This document shows positions 36,272 through 48,030 of a stretch of DNA of 64,000 nucleotides, piece after piece. The notes below the pieces were generated by a model that did not search any database, was not told where the DNA came from, and worked only from the letters and a program-made list of their open reading frames with translations. Each line of letters opens with the position of its first letter. The first letter of the stretch is position 1. The DNA comes from Camelus dromedarius (lineage: Eukaryota). The stretch is from positions 16,494,001 to 16,558,000 of the forward strand of contig NC_087437.1 in the NCBI RefSeq assembly GCF_036321535.1, in the 5' to 3' direction. The position numbers and the translations under genes are program-made.

Positions 36272-38414
36272 TAATTTACCCCAGAAGATACAGAAAACAT
36301 AAGAGTGCAGTGGGCACTTGAACTGAAAAGTGATATACAGCGTGGCTGGGGAAGGCATCTGCCCAGAAGCAACATGTCTGAGCCTAGATTGAAAAAAAAA
36401 TCCTTCTCCTCAATAGTAACCTAAAGGCAACTCTCCCATCTGGATCAATTTCAAAGCTGTTCTCCATTAGCTGAGGCTACAAATGACCCCACAGCTCAAG
36501 GCAAAGGACATTTGTAGGGGCAGTAATATCACACGCTATCATCAAACACAGTGTTTGTTCTGTGTATCAAGATCCTAGCATAGTGAGTGCTTCCTAGATG
36601 TAGCCTCTATCCCTCACCCCCAACCCCCCAAGAAAACACCCCTGACCAAACCGGTCCTCCCCTGCCCTTCAGTTGTCTCTCCTTTTTGCGATCCTTTAAT
36701 TGCACTTGTTTTTGAAGCCCATAGAATTTATTATTCAGAAAACAACCTTCTCTGCAATATCAACCTTAATTAACTGTGTTCTTTTTCTCTCGCCTCCCAC
36801 CCTCCACTTCATGCATTTGAATTAAGGCACTCCAGAGCCCCCGGCCAGCGCCCCTCCCCCATCACAGACCCATCAGTGTCTACCAGCCAACCATGACCAG
36901 ATAAGGGAAAATGGAATTCCTTATCTCTGGCTGCCTATGTGAAAGGGTCAAGGTTACCAAGGAGAGACCTTCCAAACCGAAGGAGAGGGAGAAAGAAGCC
37001 AAGCCTCTCTGGTTTCCATGGAAACGGAGGGTTGACTCATGGCGCATCCCCGAGAGCCTGGCCCGCTTAGCTCTGCTGACATCTTTCCACTTCATTAGCT
37101 TCTTTATCAAGTGACTCTGCATAGGACTAAGTGTATTTTGGTGTCAGGGTGCACTGGAGATGATTCAAAAACAGTGACCTTTTCCGCAGATCCCCAGTGC
37201 CTCCTGGGACCCCAGATGTCTGCAGCCCTCCCTTCTCGCTCTTCTTTATGGCTCTGCTCAGTCCTCTCTCTAATCAAAGCTCCGGTACCGCGAGGCCGTG
37301 AGGTGCCCCTACTCAGCAGCCCAGGAAGCTGGGACCCTGGCTGTCAGGGATGCACAGCACCCGAGCCAGGAGGAAGATTAATGACTTTGCCCACAGAAAA
37401 TGGATAAAACGGGCCCCAAAAAGACAATAAACGCTGGGCGGATGGCGAGGAAGCCTCTGACAGTAACAAATACTGACTGACACGGCATTGTGTTCCCTTT
37501 CTAGATGACTCTGAACTGCCAGTGGAAACACAGATTCATTTAATAAGCGCTTCAGTGAGACAAAGGGGCCTTTGGGGGTTAGAACTGATCTCCCTCGCAG
37601 GCGCATGCACGCCGACTTCTGTACGTGTGAAAAGAAATGTCCGCGTTCAGTATCCGTCCCTTTGGAAATCCAAGAGCGTGCTGTAATTTCCCAATCTTGT
37701 CTCCACGCTTCAGCAAATTTGTCACTAGCAGGGTCTCTCAGCCATGAAAATTCTCCTGCAACCAAGAGCCGGGGGCTGAAAGGAGATCAGTTAGAGGACT
37801 TAAAACATCTTTGGTAAGGTTGACCTCTCTTTCAGGAACCCTTACAGGTCCCTGTCCAGGGAGGGGATGCTGGTTCTCTTGTACACAGGCTGCAGTGACC
37901 TTTCCAGGAAGCACGCATGGTCAAGAAGTGGGCAGGGGGGAGCTCGGGAGCTGCAGAAATGAGACTGACTGGGAGTTTCTGGGATGGCTGGAGGCTGCCC
38001 TATTTTTATTTTGTTTTGTTCTTTCCAAATTCACTTACAAATGTTATGTCGTGGAGATCAGGAAGTCTGAGTCCCATGTCCCAGGGCCAGTACCAAAGTC
38101 TGTGTGATTTTGAAGGGATCCTTTGCTCTCTCAGCCCTCACACTGCCCATCAGGGGAATGAGAGACCTTGAGTGCATAACGGCTAAAATCTCTTGCAGCT
38201 TTCTCGTGGCAGATCACCCTAATGTTGCCCTGCCTCGTACACCTGCACCCCAGCACTGCCTCCTAAATCTTTCCCAAATCCCATCCACTCTGCACTATTT
38301 TCACCCCTAACAACTCTGGCTCTGAGCCTGGCCAGAGCCTCAGTAACTCCTGTTAGGCTGGAACCATGGCCCCCTTCGGGCCCTTAGTCTTGCTCTCCTC
38401 CATTCATTCTTCAA

Positions 38415-38530
38415 GCAGCTGTGCTCAAAGCTGGTCCCAGGCCAGCAGTGTCAGCATCACCTGGGAACTTGTTAGAAATGCAGACTCTAGGGCCCCACCC
38501 AAAATCAGAAATTCCAGGCTAAGCCCAAAG
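38415..38530. mobile_element. MER5A-like MITE
   Basis: ggtcccaggccagcagtgtcagcatcacctgggaacttgttagaaatgcagactctagggccccaccc. Confidence 0.8.
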
Positions 38531-38898
38531 ATCTAATTTCCCCAGATGAGAATGATAAAGTCCTCTTTGACCTGACCCCTTTGGGCCTCCCCAGGTCCTT
38601 GTCTGACCACTTCCTCCCCTGAAATTTACTCTCTAGCAACCCCAAACTTTCTGTTTCCAGTTACACTCTGCTGTGTCATACCCCTGGCCCCACGGAAGTC
38701 ACTCCTTCTACCTGGAATGGTCCTTATGGCTGATCCCCACTTTGCAGGATTAAGTCCTTCTCAACTTTTAATCCAGATGATACCCCTGCAAAAAGACTTC
38801 CCTGACATCCTCCCCCACCTCTAAAACTAGGATCAGTATCCCTCCCTTATCCTTCCGTCTTTCCTCGTGTGTACCTCCATACTTTGCATGTCACCTTG

Positions 38899-39502
38899 TG
38901 TGGTAGACAGGATTCTAAAATGTTCCCTAAGGTCTCTCACCCCGCCTCAGTCCCTAGTGTACACACCCTGCATAATCGCTGGGACAGTGACTTTACTCCC
39001 ACAGTGCTATATTATATATGCTATACAGTTGGCCTTAAAATAGGGAGATTAACCAGGTAGTCCTAATCTAATCACAAGAGTCCTTCAAAAGCAGAGTATT
39101 CTTCAGTTAGTCAGACAAGAGGAACTCAGAAAGAGACTAAAGCATGAGTGGATTCAACCCAAGGAGGTTCTCCATTGCTGAGATGGAGGGGGCCAGGGGC
39201 AAGGACCTAGGAGCAGCTCCAGCTGCCGAGAGCAGTCTCTAGTTGGCAGCCAACATGGGAATGGGGACTGTAGTCCTAAAACCTCAAGGAACTAAATTCT
39301 GCCAACAACACGATGAACTCGGAAGTGGATTTTTCCACAGAGCCTCCAGACAAGAACTCATTCCAGCCAACATCTTGATTCCAGCCTTATGATACCCTGA
39401 GTAGATACCCCATACTAGACTTCTGACCCACGTAACTGTGAGCTAAACTTACATCACTAAATTTGGTGTCATCTGTTACACAGCAGCAAAGAAACTAACA
39501 CA
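38899..39502 (+). mobile_element. MLT1E-like MaLR LTR, full length
   Basis: TGTGGTAGACAGGATTCTAA start, AACTAACACA end, 5-bp TSD CCTTG/TCTTG. Confidence 0.85.
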
Positions 39503-39647
39503 TCTTGTACTATAATTGTCTGCTTATATAGCAGCTCCCCCACTGACTGAGCTCCTTAAAGTAGAAACTGCCTTATTGGTTCATTTCTGCATCACCAGCA
39601 CCTACCTGGGGCATGCCTAGGGGAGGTGCTTAGTAAATGCTTGCTGG

Positions 39648-39690
39648 AGGATGGATGGTTGGACGGACGGATGGATGGATGGATGGATGG
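39648..39690. repeat. (GGAT/GGAC)n tetranucleotide repeat at the L2 tail
   Basis: ggatggatggttggacggacggatggatggatggatggatgg. Confidence 0.85.
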
Positions 39691-39939
39691 AGAGATAGAT
39701 CTTAAAGCACCGGATCTATTGTCCCAGCAGTTGCTTTAGAATTAGGACAAAGAATTAGACTGTAAAAAGGGGGATAGAAATGCAAATAAACCATGAAATT
39801 GGGATGGAAAAAAATTAATTTTTTTCCTTCATTGATTTTTGCAGCATGGAGACTTCTTTATCTGTTAGGAGTCTGTCCTCCATTTATCTCTTGCAGCTCA
39901 ACACTTCATAGCACCAAGAGCTAAGGATATGTGCCTGGA

Positions 39940-40396
39940 TACAGACATGTATTATTGCTGCATCTAATGCCTTTTCTCTTTGAGGTAAGGCTGCTTTGTG
40001 TGTTATACTGGTGCAGTACAGTGCCCAGCCTCCCATCTCAGAAGCCCAGAGGGTGGGGAGATTCAGCCTGTCTCTACTCCCTGGAAGTTCAGACAGTTAG
40101 ACTCTCCCAGCCAGAAGCTTCAGTAAGTGGTGTTATGACCCTGGGACAATCGAGCTTATTCCTGGTAGCCACAGGGATGTCTAATTTCCATTGCCTAATG
40201 GCAGGTCAGGTGGCATCCTGGGGCAGCAAAGACTGTGATGGCAGATTTCTTGACTCAAGGTCTTGATTCTTGCCCATATTTCAAGCTGGTTCTCTAGCCT
40301 CCCATTGAATCTCTGAGCCTCCAATAGATTCCTTTTCTGCTTAAAATACCCAGAGTTGGTTTCTGTTGTTCGCAACCAAGAACCCTGACTGATACA
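39940..40396 (+). mobile_element. MLT1K/L-like LTR
   Basis: Ends tccaatagattccttttctgcttaaaatacccagagttggtttctgttgttcgcaaccaagaaccctgactgataca. Confidence 0.7.
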
Positions 40397-40481
40397 AATT
40401 CTGATCATGCTGAACTGACAGCTGAGTGCTTTTCCTATTTCTAAAAGTCTCAGAGACTTATAAGCTCACTCAGTTACCCGT

Positions 40482-41005
40482 TGTACCAGTCAAGGTTCTT
40501 AGTTGTGAACAAAAGAACCCTCCCTAGCTGATTCAAGTGGAAAAGAAATTTATTAAAGGGTAGTTCTCAGCATCTCTAGGGGGTCCTAAAGCCAGGAATG
40601 ATAGTTTAATCATGCTGCCCTCCAGATTGCTCCCATGGGGTCCCTGCCAACACCCCTACTGGCACAGAAACCACACCTCCCAGCAACAACACTGCATACC
40701 ATGTGTTTCCACCAGAAACTCAACCATAGCCACCTCTGGATGCTAAATGGCTCTGCAACCCTAGCCAGAGTGGACTCATCTGGACACCTGTTTTCTAGCA
40801 TCCCTGGCTTCCTAACAGAAGCCTGACACAGGTTCCTCCGGTTGGAAGGACCTGAAGCCTGTACTCTGTTCAAGGGAAGCTGGGAAAACTCATTTCTGGC
40901 TTCTCTCTTGGGGAGGCACAGACTCAGATGTGAGAAATTCTCCAAATTTAAGAAAGGTGTCCAAGAGTGTTGGGTGCCCAAGTGGCTTGACAGATATCCT
41001 ATTGA
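40482..41005 (-). mobile_element. Old MLT1 (L/M/N-like) LTR
   Basis: tgtaccagtcaaggttcttagttgtgaacaaaagaacc..ctagctgattcaagtggaaaagaaatttattaaagg. Confidence 0.6.
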
Positions 41006-41679
41006 CTACAAGTAGCTTGACTATATCTGTTACAGTGTTAGAAACACCTTGCTTCCAAGAAATCCTTTCTAGAGGCTAACCAAACTCCCACTTGCTTCAA
41101 AGCCCTAATTTAACCAGAATTCTCTGCACGTTGTCTTCAGTGGAATTCTACAGGAGCTTGCCACTGCCTTCCAAATGTTTGAACACTGACATTAAGTCTC
41201 CCTGCAATTTCCTTTTATGCTAGTTAAGAAGCAACAATTATTTTTTTTCTTCCCTCTTCCTTATGACTCCTTGGAGCTTTGGTTGCCTCTAAAGCCATCC
41301 TTTCAACTATTCAAATTCTTCTCCAATTGCTCTAAAAGTTTCATTTGTTGTACTGTGCTCCACCAGATTACATAACTGTTCTCATTTTCTCTCTTCATGC
41401 TGTCTCCCCAGTTCAGACCCTTAGCTATCTGCTCTCATGAACAGCATCCCACGTCTCCCAGGCTCATCCACCTCCGTGAGGTCATGCTGTCCTGTGGCCA
41501 GACCACAAAGGAATTTTGCAGTGACCTGGTATTAGGGGGTGTCCAGAACTAAAAGCACAGGGGCTCCCCCACCACCTTGTCACTGCATAGCAATAGTTCA
41601 TGCCCAGCTCAGACATCACTGGAATGACTCGGGCTCAAAGAAGACGCAAGTGGACACACTTCTGCTATGGAGATAAATT

Positions 41680-41865
41680 GTCCCCTAAAAACTTATGCTA
41701 GCTGTGTGACCTCAGGCAAGGCACTTTGCCTCTTTGACCTTCAGAGTCCTCTTCTGAAATGTTTAGATAATACTAGTATTTGCCTCATAAAATTGTTCAG
41801 AGGATTAAATAAGGTGAAACATCTGAAGTACATACAGTATGTGTTCAATGTATGCTCATGGAGAT
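41680..41865 (+). mobile_element. MIR SINE
   Basis: tgctagctgtgtgacctcaggcaag..ctttgcctctttgaccttcag..ctgaaat..gcctcata..ttgtt.agaggattaaataag. Confidence 0.8.
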
Positions 41866-42071
41866 GACCTGGAGACCCAAAGTGATCATGGGTGTCAACT
41901 GGGAAAATCCCACACAATTTCAGAGTTCTGTTGACATCATGGTCACTAGTATTATTTTTACAGACTAAGTTAAAGGTGTGGGTGTAGCCTTCATAAAAGG
42001 CCCTTCCTGGGAGGATGCTAGTGGGTTTCCACTAAATTGCCCGAAGAAGAAAGAGTGTGATAGAAGGAAGA

Positions 42072-42510
42072 TAGTGTGATTGGCCTAAGGATGCCCAGAT
42101 AGCTGGTAAAACATTACTTCTGGGTGTGTCTGTGAAAGGGTTTCTAGAAGAGATTAGCATTTGAGTCAGTAGATTAAGTAAAGAATATGGGCCGTCACCA
42201 ACATGGGTGGGCATCATCCAATCCACTGGGGGCTCAAATGAAACAAAAAGGCAGAGGAAGAGTGAATTCTCTCTCTTCTTAATCTGAGATGTCTTCCTGC
42301 TCTCAGACATCAGAGCTCCAGGTTTTTGGTCCTGCAGACTAAAACTGAATTATACTGTGGGCTCTACTGGTTCTCCAGCTTGTAGACAGCAGACTGTGGG
42401 ACTTCCCGGCCTCCACACCTGCATGAGACAACAGCTGTAACATATACAAGGCATATATATAATATATTCTCCTATTGGTTCTGTTTCTCCAGGGAACCTT
42501 GACTCATACA
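42072..42510 (+). mobile_element. MLT2B/D-like ERVL LTR
   Basis: aaggatgcccagatagctggtaaaacattacttctgggtgtgtctgtga...ctcctattggttctgtttctccagggaaccttgactcataca. Confidence 0.88.
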
Positions 42511-45500
42511 GTAAGTATACATCCAGGACAGACATTCCCATAATGGTTGAGCTGCCTTGGCAATTTATAGAGGCAGGGGGACAAGACCTTGACCAAAATG
42601 GACAGTGGCCGAGACAGACCTTGAATCCAGGACTCGCAGCTCAGTCATCATCACCTTGGCAGAACAAGGCTTCATACCAACCTTCACGGACCAGACAGTG
42701 CTCCCCAGACCCACCCACGCACCCCAGCCAGGACTCTGAGGGGTGCTCGACATCCAAACCACCCAGGAAGTCTCTCCTTTTGGTAACCAGAATTGATGGT
42801 TCCCTAACACGTGGATGGAAGAGTCAAGGAAACCTTCACACCCACAGTGCCTCCCCCACCCGCTTGCCTCTGGGCCTGAAGTCCCTTGTCCTTTGTGTTC
42901 AATTCTTTAGGAAATTTTTAAATGGAAACAGCAATTTGAGAGTGAACTTTGGAACTGTTATTATCATCAATACCACGCTGAGAACTAGTCCAGCGGATCC
43001 GGGGTAGGAGCAGAGATTGGGAGTTGCGATGTGGAGTGGGAACTGAGTATGGTTAAATACAGGTTGACAACAAGGGCAGAAAAATCATGCAAAAGATACT
43101 TCCATGATAAATAGGATTCTTTCATATCAAAGGCCAGGGCAGTGGCCATTAAGGGATGCATGAGGCTCAGTGAAGGAAAGGGGTAAAGAGAGTTATCCCA
43201 TAGCTGTCCCTCCTTCCAGGCTCAGCCATACAGCGCCTCATCAGGAAGTCTCTGTGAGCCCCGCCACGACTGAATGAGGCACCTGCCTTCATGGATTTCA
43301 TAGCGTTCTGAGCCCCTTCATCATGGTACTTCCATCTCACTAGCTGTGAGCTCTTTGAGGGCAAAATTAGGTCCTGTAGCATCCTCAACACTCAACAGAG
43401 GGCCTGGCAAAGTCTACTGACTGCTTTTATGGAGAGCACCTCAAGTCCAATCAACCTGCCTTAATACATTCTCAAGCCAGACTTGGAGTAAGGACCTTTA
43501 AGCCAAGGCTCTCTCTCCTGAGATCTAGGACCCTGCTGGCCCTCATAACTCCTTTCAACTCAGAGACAGCTCATGGAGTACATCGGCTGGAAGATGAGAA
43601 GACCAGCAGCCCTCTCCTCTGGTCAGCCTGGGAGCCTAAAGCTCAGTAGCAGAATTCTGAAATTCTAAACAGGATGGATAGGTAAGTGTGAAAACCTATG
43701 TGAAGAGGGGCTGGGTCACTTTTCAGGGAGCTGGCTTTGCATAGCTGGCATTCGGTTTTTAATGGAATTACATGTTTCCTGTCAATTTTTGTAAACAAAA
43801 TCTAATTTTAAAATTTCCTTTATTTATACTTCATATAAGATCAAGAAAATGTCAGTGGTTCCTCACCAAGACTCTATATGTGTTTATAAATGATGCCCAC
43901 TGGGAGATGGAGGAGGTCTGAGAAGCCCCTGGGGACAAAGAGGGGGCCGTGCCCCAGTGTCCCTACTAAAGAACTGCCACGTCTGAGGACACCCAACCTG
44001 CCCCCAAGTCCTTCTCTCCCGCTCGCTGCCTTTTACTTGAGTCACAGAGAACCTTCCAGCGCCACCGTGGAAGCCCGTGGCTCTCACCAAGACCTCACAG
44101 CAAGGTCCAAACAAAGGAAAGCTGAAGCAGAAAGAAAACACAGCACAGCCGAACGTGGGCCTTTCCGTGGTGCCCAGCGTCTGCAAGGCCAATTCAGGAA
44201 GCTGCTATTGATTTTCCGTGGGAAAGAGAATTAAAGGGAAGAGAAGGCTTGCGCGGGAGGCGGGCCAGATGGAGGCTCATAGCTCATCTCTCCGTGTTAT
44301 CTTTTTTCACAGTTCAAAAATCAATTAGTGATGAATTCCTCTGGAAACTTCTTAAACAATGTGATTTCATTAGAGATCTGTGCAAGCGCCATCAGATCTG
44401 CTTTCCAGGTGTGAATGAGAAAATTGGCCTCGTCCTTTTAATAATTTCCTCCTTGGTAACATGACATCAGTCTACACAGTGTCTGGTACCAGCTGGGCCG
44501 GAGCCAGTGGGAAGCACATAATTCCTTTTTCCCCTCCAGTAAGAGAAGTAAAAGCGGGCAGGATGGAAAATGTGGGCACCTCCTAGGACAGGAGCAGGAG
44601 ATAAAACAGAGGGAAGTGCTAGAAAGGCAGGAGGAAGAGCCTCAGAAGACAGATCTTCATGGCTCCTGGGAATAACCTGCCAGCAAGCAGCAGAGACAAG
44701 GAGTTGGGGGGACATGAGGAAGACGGCAGTACCTACAGGAGCCAAGAGTCAGGCTCGGGGACAGCCCGTTACCCCAGTGCTGTGCTGCCCAGGCGAGGCC
44801 AGCTGGGACGCTTTCTCGTGTTGTGTAGCTCCTGGCCCCAGATCCATCCGTCTTGACGGCCAGCAGGCGCCCCAGGTGATAAGCTGGACAGGCGTGCGCT
44901 GCTCTGCCAGTGAGGAAGGCGGTCACTGAGGCTGGAACCATGCCTGGTGTGACCCCGCAGCGGGTGACTGTCGATGCCCCGCTTCCCTCAACAGAGGGAG
45001 AGGAACCCTCATTAATTCAGACGCATTTGCCAGAAGGCCAACCTAACAGACAGGAGTAAGAGGCTCTTAAAGGGTTCCATTTTATCACTTTCATTTACAC
45101 GTAGTAAGAGGCACGAAGTCTGCCTTTGATGAATAGATAAAAATGATTCGTAGTTAGCTCATTAAGGCACAATTTAAAAATAAATTATCTAACGTTTTCT
45201 CAATTGAACAGAATTATATGTTAACACTGTGCCGGGCAGAGAAAACAAGCAAGTCACCGTCCCTGTCCTCAAGGAGCGTGTGGTCTGGGTGCAAGGTCGG
45301 GACGCAGGGCAGTGAGTAAATGATGGCCACTGTGTTATTAGAGGTCAGTGATGGAGCACAGAGAGGGGCACCCTACCCAAAGGGAGCCAGCTGGGCAGTT
45401 AGGGGAGGCTTTTTGGAAGTGCTCCTGGAACAAGATCTTGAAGAACAGTTAGAAATTAGCCAGGAAGCAGGGAGGTGAGGGGAGTGGGGTGGAGAAGAGA

Positions 45501-47574
45501 AAAGGAGGGGTCCCACATAGTCGCCTGTGGTTTGCAAACCTTATAGTTTACCTAATTTCTCATTTCAATTTCAGAACAGGCCATTATAAAGACAGAGCCC
45601 AAAGGACTCTCCCAACCAGCTGACAGAGGAAACAAGGAATGGAATAAAGTCCCCTGCACTGCAGACTCTGCACCCTGTCAGATCTGATGAAACCCACAGA
45701 CCCTTTTCTCCAAAGGAAATGCACATATGCTCACATTCACACACACACAAAAATTCACATGCGATTGGATGGTACTCAGAAACCCTCAGAAGCTGGGATC
45801 AGCCCAAGGATCCCAGCTCAAAGCTTCTTCTCTGAGCAGAGCTCATCTGTTCTTATGCTGTAATCACCCTACCTTGTTTGTAGGTAAATGCAGACTTCTA
45901 GGCCACTCTGATGATTCTACTTTCAAGCAGGTGAAGGGTTGCTCCTCTTGTAAATAAAGCTGTTTACCCAAGTGCTAGAGAGCCTCGTGTCCACGGATCA
46001 AGCCAAGGAAACTTCAGCCCTGCAACATCTGAACGATCTCAGATTCAATGAGACTTGGACTGGGGGGTCGTATCTTATGCTGACTGTGTCTGCCCAAAAT
46101 AGATTCTGTCTGCTGGGCCCCTAGGTATCCAGAGTTATAGGCTCCTATTTTGAGGGGAGGATCTAGGTGGGAAGAAGAGAGCAGTCAGGGTTGACAGGGC
46201 TGGAACTCAGTGAGAGGGGAAAGATGCCTTCTAGGTCCGTCTCCCCACCTCGAGGACCTATAATATCATCAGTAGTTCCCAGGCTGATCTCCCAAGCTCT
46301 GAGACCCTGCAGGGAAAAATTCTCTTAGCAGCAAAAGAGAATTTTGAGTGTAATCTAAAAATTCTGAGTGTAACAGCCTCTCCCCACCCGCCACCAAAGG
46401 CTGGTAGCAAACCCTCCTCCTCACCCTGACGGCAGGGTCAGAGCTGAGGTACATCCTTCTGCTCACCCTGTATGCAAAGTGTGGCTCGGTGCCTGGCCCA
46501 CCATAGGTACTTACTAAATACTTACTGGAGTGTTGTATAAATGATGTTCCATATCTCCCTGCCATGGATTCAGGATCATCTCTGGAAGTGACAAAGAGGA
46601 AAAGGAATTGAGAAAACCCTCCCCTCCCCTTGCAGGTAACACGTCACCTCAGTGCATCTTCAGACATTCCTCTCCCTTACCTGAGTATCCACAGACACAA
46701 TCCTTTAGCCGGCTCATTCGTGCACCAGCTGACTTGCTGCAGGACAGTGCTCTGCCCACAGCTAGTGAGGTCCTTGGGGGTCATGTCCAGTTTCCCAGGA
46801 GGCTAAATATCCGTTCTTTGCAGCTCCTGGTGAACCGGCAGCCAACAGACCCCATCTACAGCCTTTCTCCCCTCAGGTAAGGGCATCAACTGGGAAAATG
46901 CAGAATTTAAATGCTCCCACAGGAAGAAAATCAACATCTCTTAGAGACCAAATTCTAGGACCAGAGTAGAAACTGAACATTCTGGAAGCGATAATTGGTC
47001 TCATTTATCTAAATTTAGAAGGTCTAGAAAGGGAAAGAGTAACTATTAAGACATGTTATTTAGAAGAGAAGCCTTTAATCAAAGAGATGAGTCAAACCCA
47101 AACTCAAACCAAAATCCTGCTCAAATCAGGGGTTTGAAATATAAGTTCCTTTGGGGATAAAAGTCGGATCTTATTTAAGTGGAAAACGAATAAAAACTTT
47201 TACAGAAAGAATAAACTCCACCAACAGAAATAGGCCATCTGATAACTGTGATAACCACCAAAAATTGTTAGTTGCAAATCAGAAGCGTTTTGAACAAAAA
47301 TGTTGCCTGTGGGCTGAGAGACTGGCTGAGCCCTGTGGGCTGAGAGACTGGCTGAGCCCTGAAGTTCACAGTGCTTTGAAATCACCTGGGAAATCAGCCC
47401 AGATCAGGGAGACTAAGTACCCACCACCTTGCACTCTGGTATTGGCCCCACCCCAACTCTTCCTGGGTGACCTCAGTCATGCCGCCAACCCTCCCCAGCA
47501 GACCCTCCTCTTACCCTCCTTGGTCTCCTCAACAGCAAAGTAGGATTGTTAACCCTTCATTTCTCCCCATCTTC

Positions 47575-48030
47575 AACTCAGTTTAGCTTAACAAATATTT
47601 CCTGAGCACCTGCTGTGTGCCTGGGACTGTGCTGGTTGGCGCAGATGCGAAAATGAGCAAGACATTGTTCCTGCCATGCTGGAACCCCACCAGTAACGTG
47701 GAAGAGCGAGGACAGGGAGATATCCAGGGTGCTGAAGTAAGGCACCCAGCCTGAGGCTTGGACAAAGCAGCATCTAAGACAAGTCTAAGGGCTAAACAGG
47801 AGTTGGGAGGTGAAGAGGAAGGAGGAGGACATTCCACTCAGAAAGAACATCAGGAGGACAGAGAGGCAGGACATAATCTAGTGCAAGTGAGGAACATAGG
47901 TAATTTGGTCTTCTTAGAACCCAAGGGCAGAGCAGCAGGGAGGGAAAGGCGGCAAGGCTTGACAGCTGGGAAGGCAGCAGACCAGGAGGCTGTGAGAACT
48001 GGGCTAAGCATATGAACTTGATCCTGTGGG
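47575..48030 (-). mobile_element. L2 3' region
   Basis: aacaaatatttcctgagcacctgctgtgtgcctgggactgtgct followed by a purine-rich L2 body. Confidence 0.7.

Larger units (their letters stand above)
38250..39650 (+). mobile_element. L2 fragments interrupted by MER5 and MLT1E
   Basis: cactccttctacctggaatggtcctt; gactgagctccttaaag..cctta..ttcatttctgcatcaccagcaccta..ggtgcttagtaaatgcttg. Confidence 0.6.

Noticed and set aside
41090..41560. Possible second CR1/L3 fragment on the minus strand
   Set aside because: Only a vague nucleotide resemblance; no translatable motif could be confirmed.
42543..43007. 154-aa ORF starting just after the MLT2 LTR
   Set aside because: No recognisable homology or splice support; the length is attainable by chance in 64 kb.
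44313..44408. Possible cassette exon (ttttttcacag acceptor ... CAG/GTGTGA donor)
   Set aside because: The donor is weak, the peptide is unrecognised, and no partner exons were found.
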